A stretch of DNA of 64,000 nt, from the NCBI GenBank assembly GCA_965203275.1, contig OZ241865.1, forward strand, positions 416,001-480,000, read 5' to 3'. The notes below the pieces were generated by a model. That model worked only from the letters and a program-made list of their open reading frames with translations. It was not told where the DNA came from and searched no databases. The position numbers were made by a program, and so were the translations under genes. This DNA is from Bdellovibrionales bacterium. Lineage in GTDB: Bacteria > Bdellovibrionota > Bdellovibrionia > Bdellovibrionales > JAUICD01. Positions 49,393 through 58,542 of this stretch are shown piece by piece; position 1 is the stretch's first letter, and the number at the start of each line of letters is the position of its first letter.

Positions 49393-50394
49393 TTATTTCT
49401 TCAGCTTGAGAATGTCATCTTTGGACAAACCTGTCATTGTAGAGATCAATGAAATATTGAGATTTTCTTTCAACATATTTAGTGCTACTTTCTCCATTCC
49501 TTCCTTACGACCTTTCTTCATCCCTTTCTCCATTCCTTTCTCCATTCCTTTCTCCATTCCTTTCTCCATTCCTTTCTCCATTCCTTTCTCCATTCCTTCC
49601 TTACGACCTTTCTTCATCCCTTTCTTCATTCCTTCTTCATAAGCACCCTCTTCTCTGGCTGCTTGATCTTTTCTGTCTCTCTCTTTTACCATTGCAAGCT
49701 CCTGTAATGTCTCATCTTTTGATAATATCCATAAATGCTTTGCTGCCTCTGCCATAATACCTCCCTTGTTTTGAAAATTGGTATACTCCTTTAAATCCAT
49801 ATTACCAGAGTTCTTTAAAAGATAACACCAATCTGCCTTTTTGTCAAATAATTCATGCAACCTTGACTGAAACTTGCCTAATTCCACAATGACAAAACAC
49901 AATCCACGAGACATAATCACTTCTGGTGGTTTTGTCCGACGGATATTGCAGATATGATAGTAATCCTTTATCCCTGCAAATTCTTTTAAATTAGCTGTTG
50001 TAAAAACAAGTGAATACACAGGAAGTAATTGATTAAAATCTTCGCCTTTCTTTATCTGACCAGAATAAGCCCTAGAAGCATAAACTAATATCCGATCTGT
50101 AAAAAACTTTTGACTTGTCGTCTGAACTTCTACATGGACAATCTCTGTATTTTGAAGAACGCCTCTGATCCGTCTTCTTAATTTCACACGCAAATCTAAA
50201 GTAAAGGATTTGTATTCGTCTGGAACTTTATCGGGAAGAAGCTCTGTGTTTAATAATGAAACACCCTCTATCACAGAACCTTTAGGCAAAGGTACAAAAT
50301 TCTCTACCAGTGAAATTAAAAGGTCTTCTCTCTTTTCAAAAAAAGCTTTGAAAATAGCATCTATTGTTAATTGTAATAAAACTCTCTCTGTCAT
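49393..50394 (-). CDS. Rpn-family (recombination-promoting nuclease / PD-(D/E)XK) protein
   Basis: DAIFKAFF, LDLRV, HVEVQ, RILVYASR, IVELGKF; C-terminal (E/K)KGM repeats and ALNMLKE...ISTMTGLS tail. Confidence 0.9.
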   Translation of the reverse strand: MTERVLLQLTIDAIFKAFFEKREDLLISLVENFVPLPKGSVIEGVSLLNTELLPDKVPDEYKSFTLDLRVKLRRRIRGVLQNTEIVHVEVQTTSQKFFTDRILVYASRAYSGQIKKGEDFNQLLPVYSLVFTTANLKEFAGIKDYYHICNIRRTKPPEVIMSRGLCFVIVELGKFQSRLHELFDKKADWCYLLKNSGNMDLKEYTNFQNKGGIMAEAAKHLWILSKDETLQELAMVKERDRKDQAAREEGAYEEGMKKGMKKGRKEGMEKGMEKGMEKGMEKGMEKGMEKGMKKGRKEGMEKVALNMLKENLNISLISTMTGLSKDDILKLKK

Positions 50395-50609
50395 AACTTT
50401 GAACCTCCTTTATATCTTTAAACATAATACAAATACTCTAAATGAAACCAAAACACAATATCCATAAATAGCAACTTTTAGCTTAATATTATCTCTAGCA
50501 TTGATTTATTTATCTGAAATTTCGTTTTTCCCCTTATTTTTAGGTTTTTTATATTGTCATCATACGAAAAAACAAAAATTAAGACAAATATAGAATTTGA
50601 ATTTTTGAT

Positions 50610-50638
50610 TTTATAACAGCATATATCTGAAAAGTCAA
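50610..50638 (-). promoter_or_regulatory. putative sigma70 promoter upstream of the Rpn gene
   Basis: TTGACT-N17-TATAAA on the minus strand; near-identical copy at 53240-53268. Confidence 0.55.
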
Positions 50639-50651
50639 GCCGTTATTTATT

Positions 50652-51086
50652 CTCACTAAAAGTAAACCAGCCTCTGGCTGTTTTTGGGCAATCAGCCCGA
50701 CGGCTCTCGCCGTCGATCAAAGGCTGATTGCCTCAAAAATCCGTTTATTTTTAGTAGGAAGAATCCTCTTGTCTCTTTACACGATGTTAAGGAAACAAGA
50801 TGTTTACTTCACGTCGATCAAATGGTCATCGCCTAGTGTTGTTACATGGCAAGCTTCAGAGAAGCTTGCTGTCTGACCACTTTTAGTAAGGAGGATCTCT
50901 TCGTTTTTTGACTACATGTTAAGGAAAACATCCTTCATTTTTTAGACCTACTCGCTCTTGAGACAATAAAAGAAAATTTTCCTTAACATGGTGTCAGAAG
51001 CAAGGAGATTCGCCCTACTCAAAATGAACAAGCTTTTGAGGTGGCCAGCCTTTTACGACGGCGTGAGCCGTCGGGCTAACTGCTCA
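50652..51086. repeat. structured element cluster 9 (last copy interrupted by the 153-bp array, resumes at 52459-52490)
   Basis: ACTCAAAATGAAC before the array is complementary to GTTCATTTTGAGT after it. Confidence 0.85.
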
Positions 51087-52463
51087 TTACCATTCGCATC
51101 CAGATTTTTTATTTGTAAGCACAGAGTTTCAAAGCCAAATAAGATAAAGGGTTGTAAAAACTAATGATATAAATGGGAAAGAGTCTGGTCTCAGGGCAAT
51201 GATTTTGAAATTTAAGAAATAAATTGAAGATCCAGCTCATTACCATTCGCATCCAGATTTTTTATTTGTAAGCACAGAGTTTCAAAGCCAAATAAGATAA
51301 AGGGTTGTAAAAACTAATGATATAAATGGGAAAGAGTCTGGTCTCAGGGCAATGATTTTGAAATTTAAGAAATAAATTGAAGATCCAGCTCATTACCATT
51401 CGCATCCAGATTTTTTATTTGTAAGCACAGAGTTTCAAAGCCAAATAAGATAAAGGGTTGTAAAAACTAATGATATAAATGGGAAAGAGTCTGGTCTCAG
51501 GGCAATGATTTTGAAATTTAAGAAATAAATTGAAGATCCAGCTCATTACCATTCGCATCCAGATTTTTTATTTGTAAGCACAGAGTTTCAAAGCCAAATA
51601 AGATAAAGGATTGTAAAAACTAATGATATAAATGGGAAAGAGTCTGGTCTCAGGGCAATGATTTTGAAATTTAAGAAATAAATTGAAGATCCAGCTCATT
51701 ACCATTCGCATCCAGATTTTTTATTTGTAAGCACAGAGTTTCAAAGCCAAATAAGATAAAGGGTTGTAAAAACTAATGATATAAATGGGAAAGAGTCTGG
51801 TCTCAGGGCAATGATTTTGAAATTTAAGAAATAAATTGAAGATCCAGCTCATTACCATTCGCATCCAGATTTTTTATTTGTAAGCACAGAGTTTCAAAGC
51901 CAAATAAGATAAAGGGTTGTAAAAACTAATGATATAAATGGGAAAGAGTCTGGTCTCAGGGCAATGATTTTGAAATTTAAGAAATAAATTGAAGATCCAG
52001 CTCATTACCATTCGCATCCAGATTTTTTATTTGTAAGCACAGAGTTTCAAAGCCAAATAAGATAAAGGATTGTAAAAACTAATGATATAAATGGGAAAGA
52101 GTCTGGTCTCAGGGCAATGATTTTGAAATTTAAGAAATAAATTGAAGATCCAGCTCATTACCATTCGCATCCAGATTTTTTATTTGTAAGCACAGAGTTT
52201 CAAAGCCAAATAAGATAAAGGATTGTAAAAACTAATGATATAAATGGGAAAGAGTCTGGTCTCAGGGCAATGATTTTGAAATTTAAGAAATAAATTGAAG
52301 ATCCAGCTCATTACCATTCGCATCCAGATTTTTTATTTGTAAGCACAGAGTTTCAAAGCCAAATAAGATAAAGGATTGTAAAAACTAATGATATAAATGG
52401 GAAAGAGTCTGGTCTCAGGGCAATGATTTTGAAATTTAAGAAATAAATTGAAGATCCAGCTCA
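51082..52463. repeat. tandem array, 9 x 153 bp plus terminal GCTCA
   Basis: Units start at 51082, 51235, 51388, 51541, 51694, 51847, 52000, 52153 and 52306; identical except one G/A site. Confidence 0.97.
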
Positions 52464-52718
52464 AAAGTGGCCAGTTCATTTTGAGTGAAACAGAGGTCAG
52501 ACCACTTTTAGTGAAAAAGAAGGTGTGGTTCATTTTGAGTGAAAAAGGTAGGCTTTGACTATTGTCTCTTGAGTTTGCAAGCCAATAGTTTGCTTTGACG
52601 TTGATACTCGATAATAAGCTACATATTGTTTGATATTCAAGTTGTGTCTCCCACCTTGATTTACTTCAAAGTGCAACACAGCTTTAAGAAAGTCAAAAAA
52701 ATACGTAGCTAATTGGTC

Positions 52719-53222
52719 TTATTCTGTAGCTCCGGCCTCTCTTAATAGTTTTTGAATTTCAATATAACCTTCTCGATTAGCATAATATAAAGCCGTATAG
52801 TCACGGTCGTCTTGAAGATTGACTTTGGCTCCGGCCGCTAGCAATAGCTTTACAGCCTCAGTATGGCCGTTATAGCTTGCAAACACTAAAGCCGTATTGC
52901 CATCTTTGTCTTGAAGATTGACGTTCGCACCATATTCTATCAATAACCTTATAATACCTATACGGAAGTTGTTTAAATAACTAAAATAACTAGCTCTAAT
53001 TAAAGCCGTCCAGCCGTCATTTTCTCTTTGATAATTGACGTCCACACCTTTTTCTAGCAATTCCCTCACCGATCTATGGCTACCGAAAACAACGCGATTT
53101 AATAAGTCATTATTGAGTAATTCCCTCTCACTTTGATTTGGCATAAGGCTTTCAGAATAAGCCCATAGAGAATCACTAGAAACAAGCAAAGCAATAAATA
53201 GAATAAAAATATATTTTTTCAT
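52719..53222 (-). CDS. secreted ankyrin repeat protein
   Basis: GGAGG RBS, signal peptide, GWTALIRA, GNTALVFA..GHTEAVKLLL, YTALYYA. Confidence 0.9.
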   Translation of the reverse strand: MKKYIFILFIALLVSSDSLWAYSESLMPNQSERELLNNDLLNRVVFGSHRSVRELLEKGVDVNYQRENDGWTALIRASYFSYLNNFRIGIIRLLIEYGANVNLQDKDGNTALVFASYNGHTEAVKLLLAAGAKVNLQDDRDYTALYYANREGYIEIQKLLREAGATE

Positions 53223-53239
53223 TTGTACCTCCATTTGAT

Positions 53240-53268
53240 TTTATAACAACATATATCTAAAAAGTCAA
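53240..53268 (-). promoter_or_regulatory. putative sigma70 promoter of the ankyrin gene
   Basis: TTGACT-N17-TATAAA immediately upstream of the RBS. Confidence 0.6.
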
Positions 53269-53451
53269 GCCTAGGTTATAAAAAACTAAAAAATGAGAAA
53301 TTTCTAAAGTCAACCTAAAAAAGTCTAACAATTACAAACACTTAATGCTGTAACTTTTATACAAAAGTCACAGTATTAACTTATTGAAATCACTGGAATT
53401 CCAATTTCCAAACCTAAATTCCTTACCTTTTCAAAGAAATCCATAAAAACG

Positions 53452-53896
53452 AATATCTTGTTTCCTTAACATGGTGTTAAGAAACGAAGAGATCCTCCCC
53501 TACTCAAAGTGAACAGACTTTCTAGGCGATGACCATTTTATCGATGGCGAAAGCCATCGTGGTCATCGCCCAGGGTGTAAGAAGGAACTTTTTCCTTAAC
53601 ATGGTGTTAAGAAAAGAGGAGATCCTCCTTACTAAAAATAAACGGATTTTTGAGGCAATCAGCCTTTGATCGACGGCGTGAGCCGTCGGGCTGATTGCCC
53701 AAAAACAGCCAGAGGTTGGTTTATTTTTAGTGAAACAAATGACCATTTTGCCAATGGCGAAAGCCATTGCGGTCATTGCCAGAAAGTAGCCAGAGGCTAG
53801 ACCACTTTTAGTGAACCAGTGAAACAGGCCACTTTTAGTGAACCAGTGAAACAGGCCACTTTTAGTGAACCAGTGAAACAGACCACTTTTAGTGAA
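53452..53896. repeat. structured element cluster 10 ending in 3.5 x 27-bp repeat of the element terminus
   Basis: Full copy at about 53592-53735; CCACTTTTAGTGAACCAGTGAAACAGG units at 53802, 53829, 53856 and partial 53883. Confidence 0.88.
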
Positions 53897-53898
53897 TA

Positions 53899-54627
53899 TT
53901 AGTGAGTATAGACGGCAATTGATTGATTGATACTTTTTGCTATTTCTTTTGTATCTTCAGACCTGGTCTTAGCTAAAGCTACTTGTTCTAATTTGTTGAC
54001 AATATCGTAAACATGAAGAATACTCATTCTTTTTGCCATGCAAGGCTCTGTATTGATCTTTGCCTCCGGACAAATCTTTGTAAATCGGTTATATGCTTTA
54101 TTGAAAACTGTATCTTTTAAAGTATGGTTGAATACCACCAAATAATAATATAGTGCTAATTTTTTATCTGTCTTTGCCTTTTTTGTGAGGGCTTTCAAAT
54201 TAGATTGTTCTTTCTTTAAATCTTCAATTTGCAAGTGACACCCTGGAATCTTATGTGCATTTTGATCGCAGAATTTTTGCACGGATTGGATTCTTTCTGG
54301 ATAAATACGATTTATTATTCCTTGAGGCTCTTTTTTATTGCTCCAGCGAGATAATCTAGTCAGTGCTTTTTTGTTTTGCTGAGCATTTCCTTTTTGAAAA
54401 ACAAGATCAGAAAGTTGCTTTAAAGAAACTCCAGTGATCTCTGTGATCTTTCGATACAAATCCTTACGTGGAGGTTCTTTTGCAAATGCAGATGCAGTCT
54501 TTTTTTGTTGTGGTTGTTTTACAATTCTAGCAAACACAAAATCCGTTAAAGTAAGCCCTATCAATAGAGCAAAAAAACCTTTCAATATCTGTCGTTTGAA
54601 TAGATCACTTTGATTGCAAATGAACAT
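53899..54627 (-). CDS. hypothetical exported basic helical protein
   Basis: GGAG RBS, signal-like N-terminus, two Cys pairs. Confidence 0.7.
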   Translation of the reverse strand: MFICNQSDLFKRQILKGFFALLIGLTLTDFVFARIVKQPQQKKTASAFAKEPPRKDLYRKITEITGVSLKQLSDLVFQKGNAQQNKKALTRLSRWSNKKEPQGIINRIYPERIQSVQKFCDQNAHKIPGCHLQIEDLKKEQSNLKALTKKAKTDKKLALYYYLVVFNHTLKDTVFNKAYNRFTKICPEAKINTEPCMAKRMSILHVYDIVNKLEQVALAKTRSEDTKEIAKSINQSIAVYTH

Positions 54628-54663
54628 CTTAGAACTCCTTGTGCTGTTTGTTAGGTGATTGAC

Positions 54664-55974
54664 TTATTGGACACCACCACTTTCTTCATTAGAATCACTT
54701 CCACTGACTGAAGATCTACCACTTCCACCACGACCTAAAAATTGCTGATATGTACATCCTATGTGTTCTGTTTCTGAGGTACATTGACTTAATACATTCT
54801 GTATATGTAACATTTGAATATAAGCTCTATTGGCATCGAGCAATGAATTCCTATCATTTTCTCTGATATTCCCAGCTACTCTTTCAGCATTGTTTAGAAC
54901 ATCAGCATAAGGGAGTCGACTGCCACGGCATTGAATTAATCTAGAACATTCTTTGCCATCATTGTTCATTAAGTCGCGAGTTTGGCTCTTAATACGAGTG
55001 ATTTTATCATTCATATCGTCTCGGCAAAAATCTGGTAGTGATTTACTACGTCTTGCATATCCTCCAAGTACATTTCTATGATCCCACATACTTCCACCAG
55101 AAAAACTATGGTACCGCCACTGTTCATCATGGTTTCGCAATCTCACATATCGGTATCGATTACGATTTGTTGTACGAAAAAGTACAGACGCCCGCCTATC
55201 ATCTGGCGGTAAAAGGTTTTCAGCTATTTCTTGCATAAAAAACCGACCAGAACATCCTTTGCCAATAGGGTTTCCATCAATAAGTACATCAGATCTCCTT
55301 GTCATAAGGCAACTATAAGGTTTTAATTGGCTTACAGTTTGTTGGTTTAAACCTATATTCATATATCCTGAGTTTCCTCCTCCTATAAAAATTAACCTTT
55401 TTATGCGGAAACATGCATTAGAAACCTCTGCATTTAATTTTTCCAACATCTCATTTAGTGAAGCCACCTTAAGTATAAGATTCACTACTCCAGCATTCCT
55501 TGTGTTCATACCACTACCCCTAAAATAGGGAGAACATTCCATCTCTTTGTTTTGTTCTTCTTGTTTTTCTACAATACAAACACTAGCATCTTGTATCTGC
55601 CAGTCTTCACAATGTTTGAGTTTTTCACATATTTGTGCTGTTCCTGTGTTGGCTGTGCTTTGTGGTGTTGCTGTGTCTCGTGGTGCTTCTTCATTGACTG
55701 TTACTGTTTCTTTTATCGGAGGGATAAAATCAATAGCTCCATCTGATCTTTGTCTTACATTATCGGGTAGAGGCTCCGTACCACTTTGAGCCAATCCACT
55801 ATTTATTCCAGTACATATTATTAAGGCAAAAAGCAAACCACATTGTTGTTTTGCTATGAAATTTATAGTGTTTGTTATTCTTTTTAAAGACGTGTCTGCT
55901 AAAAAATAGCTATGACGCGATGTGTTGGGGGGGGGTGCTTGATTAATAAAAGTATGATGAATAAAAATAGTCAT
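54664..55974 (-). CDS. hypothetical exported Cys-rich protein
   Basis: 436-aa ORF, hydrophobic segment LLFALIICTGINSGLA, many Cys. Confidence 0.7.
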   Translation of the reverse strand: MTIFIHHTFINQAPPPNTSRHSYFLADTSLKRITNTINFIAKQQCGLLFALIICTGINSGLAQSGTEPLPDNVRQRSDGAIDFIPPIKETVTVNEEAPRDTATPQSTANTGTAQICEKLKHCEDWQIQDASVCIVEKQEEQNKEMECSPYFRGSGMNTRNAGVVNLILKVASLNEMLEKLNAEVSNACFRIKRLIFIGGGNSGYMNIGLNQQTVSQLKPYSCLMTRRSDVLIDGNPIGKGCSGRFFMQEIAENLLPPDDRRASVLFRTTNRNRYRYVRLRNHDEQWRYHSFSGGSMWDHRNVLGGYARRSKSLPDFCRDDMNDKITRIKSQTRDLMNNDGKECSRLIQCRGSRLPYADVLNNAERVAGNIRENDRNSLLDANRAYIQMLHIQNVLSQCTSETEHIGCTYQQFLGRGGSGRSSVSGSDSNEESGGVQ

Positions 55975-56156
55975 AATAAACCTCTTTAAGTTTAATATTT
56001 TACTTGTTTAGTTTAAATAATTTTTAAGTTCTAAATATCTAAATAATGGTTCGGTTCAACTTATGAGATTCTTTATATTTTATTTTAAATAATTTCATAT
56101 AACGCTCATTTTTATTACTATGGTCTAGCTTCAAATAAAGTCCTAAACATTTTGTT

Positions 56157-56274
56157 GATCCGGGATCTGGGATCTGGGATCCGGGATCTGGGATCTGGGA
56201 TCCGGGATCCGGAATCTGGCATCCGGGATCCGGGATCTGGGATCCGGGATCCGGCAATTGGGCAACCCGGCATC
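56157..56274. repeat. heptamer tract (GGGATCT/GGGATCC/GGCATCC), about 14 in-phase units plus degenerate ones
   Basis: gggatct gggatct gggatcc gggatct gggatct gggatcc gggatcc ggaatct ggcatcc ... Confidence 0.92.
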
Positions 56275-56313
56275 AGGTCCTAAAGCATTGATTGTAATGA
56301 ATTTTTTCATCTA

Positions 56314-56363
56314 AAAAATTTCCTCCCAAGCCCTGGCGGGTTTTTAGAAAGGAGGAAATTTTT
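56314..56363 (+). promoter_or_regulatory. RBS-sequestering hairpin
   Basis: AAAAATTTCCTCC (56314-56326) is the perfect reverse complement of GGAGGAAATTTTT (56351-56363), which abuts ATG 56364. Confidence 0.7.
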
Positions 56364-56669
56364 ATGACGATGAAAAAATTCAAAACTTACCAATTAGCTA
56401 CTGAATTTTATCGTAATTCTAAAAAATTACACCTGAAAGAGCCTCATAGAAGTCAATTTCGAAGGGCTGTCTCAAGTATTGTACTTAACTTAGCTGAAGG
56501 ATCTGCTAAACCTACAGCAAAAGATCGTAGGAAATTTTACTATATTAGCCTTGGTTCTCTAAGAGAAGTTCAAGCAATATTAGATTTGGAGCTTATTGGT
56601 TGTATGGAATTAGCAAAACAAGCTGATAAATTAGGAGCTTATTTATACAAGTTGTGTAAAAACACTTAA
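56364..56669 (+). CDS. four-helix-bundle protein (23S rRNA-IVP / TIGR02436-like family)
   Basis: QFRRAVSSIVLNLAEG...RRKFYYISLGSLREV signature. Confidence 0.9.
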   Translation: MTMKKFKTYQLATEFYRNSKKLHLKEPHRSQFRRAVSSIVLNLAEGSAKPTAKDRRKFYYISLGSLREVQAILDLELIGCMELAKQADKLGAYLYKLCKNT

Positions 56670-56685
56670 AATCAAATTTAATTTT

Positions 56686-57719
56686 CCCGGGATCCGGTAT
56701 CTGGGATCCGGCAGCCGGCAACCCGGCATCAGAAGGAAAACTTTTTCCTTAACATCGTGTTAAAAAACGAGGAGATCCTCCCCTACTCAAAATGAGCGGA
56801 TTTTTTAGATGTTGCCTATTTTGTCAAAGGCGAAAGCCATTGCGGTCATTGCCCAAAAGTGGCCAGAGGCCAGTTCACTTTGAGTGAACCAACGGCATTG
56901 CTCTTTTAATATAATTTTAAAGGCATTTTGTTTCCTTAACATCGTGTAAAGAGACGAGAGGGTCCTTTCTACTAAAAGTGGTCAAGCTTTCTAGGCAATG
57001 ACCATTTTGCCAATGGCGAAAGCCATTGCGGTCATTGCCAAAAAGTAGCCAGAGGCTAGACCACTTTTAGTGAGCCAATGCCCAAAAACAGCCAGAGGCT
57101 GGTTTATTTTTAGTGAAAAAGATGAGAAGGCGAAAGCCTTCGGCTGACAACCCAAAAGTGACCAGAGGTCAGTTTACTTTGAGTGAAAATCAAATAAGAC
57201 AATGACCATTTTGCCAATGGCGAAATAAAAAGTGAAATAAATATCTTATTTCCTTAACATGGTGTTAAGAAACGAAGAGATCCTCCCTACTCAAAGTGAA
57301 CAGGCTTTCTAGGCGATGACTATTTTATCGATGTGAAATAAACATCTTGTTTCCTTAACATGATTTTCATCCGGGATCTGGGATCAGGCAACACGGCATC
57401 AGAAAGGACTTTTTCCTTAACATGGTGTTAAGAAATGAGGACATCCTCCTTCCTAAAATTGAACAAGCTTTTGAGGCGATGACCATTTTATCGATGTGAA
57501 ATAAACATCTTGTTTCCTTAACATGATTTTCATCCGGGATCTGGGATCAGGCAACACGGCATCAGAAAGGACTTTTTCCTTAACATGTGGTTAAAAAACG
57601 AAGATATCCTCCCTACTCAAAGTGAACAGGCTTTCTAGGCGATGACTATTTTATCGATGGCGAAAGCCATCGTGGTCATCGCCAGAAAGTGACCAGAGGT
57701 CAGTTCACTTTGAGTGAAA
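56686..57719. repeat. heptamer tract followed by structured element cluster 11
   Basis: gggatcc ggtatct gggatcc ggcagcc ggcaacc, then several forward copies including chimeras and an internal duplication of roughly 100 bp. Confidence 0.88.
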
Positions 57720-58541
57720 AGAGTTGGGAGTTAAAGGTCCATCCCAAGAATAATTTTTTTCTACAGCATAATTATGTAAGTTACTTATTCTGTTTTCAAA
57801 ATGAGGATGTGTAGATAAAAAATCTGGTATTTGATCTAAAAAGCTTCCTTCCTGCTCTTCAGACATTCTTTGAAAAAAGCTTTTACTTCCATTAACATGG
57901 CCATACTTTTTATAAAGACAATCTAAGCCAAAATAATCAGCTTGTACTTCTTGTTCTCTTATGAATCGTCGCCCTGCCAAAAAATCAATAGAATGACTAT
58001 AACCACCAGAAGGTGAAACTAAAGAAACAACCATCATCCATATTATATGCAACCCTGCCTGATGAATGACATGCCTGTGATACAAATGCCCTAACTCATG
58101 GCAGATCACCATAGCTATTTCATTTTCTGATTGTGCTTTTTCAATTAAACCTTGTGTGAGCAACATCCTTCCACCTACTGTCATATAAGCATTCTGAGAA
58201 GTTGTCTCTAAAGTATCTACTTTGAGTTTGAGATGAGGTTCTGATGTAAAAGATTGCCACAATTCATTTGCTAAATGAATGACTTCTGGTTTTGTTTGTA
58301 TTAAAAAATTAGAATCTGACTCAAATCGAAAAACTTCACTCCCCCATCTCATTTCCATCTCTGGTGTGATATAGTGAACAAGCCAACCTAAAAGCAAATG
58401 CATAATGAAAAAAGCTGTAGCAATAAGAAGCATTGCTGGTAATAGTATCTGATAAAGAGCTACCAAAGGATGTTCTTTAGGTGTATTAATTCCTTCTGGA
58501 ATTTCTTTAGGGACATACAAAATAAAACTCCTTTTAAACAT
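57705..58541 (-). CDS. M48 family zinc metallopeptidase
   Basis: NAY..GG, HELGH, QEVQAD, FLSTHP...RI. Confidence 0.9.
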   Translation of the reverse strand: MFKRSFILYVPKEIPEGINTPKEHPLVALYQILLPAMLLIATAFFIMHLLLGWLVHYITPEMEMRWGSEVFRFESDSNFLIQTKPEVIHLANELWQSFTSEPHLKLKVDTLETTSQNAYMTVGGRMLLTQGLIEKAQSENEIAMVICHELGHLYHRHVIHQAGLHIIWMMVVSLVSPSGGYSHSIDFLAGRRFIREQEVQADYFGLDCLYKKYGHVNGSKSFFQRMSEEQEGSFLDQIPDFLSTHPHFENRISNLHNYAVEKNYSWDGPLTPNSFHSK

Positions 58542-58542
58542 T

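Noticed and set aside
51082..52463. CRISPR array
   Set aside because: Units are identical 153-mers with no unique spacers, and there are no cas genes in the window
56364..56669. Diversity-generating retroelement (Avd-like fold) or 23S rRNA intervening sequence
   Set aside because: No reverse transcriptase, no TR/VR pair with adenine-specific mismatches and no rRNA gene in the window
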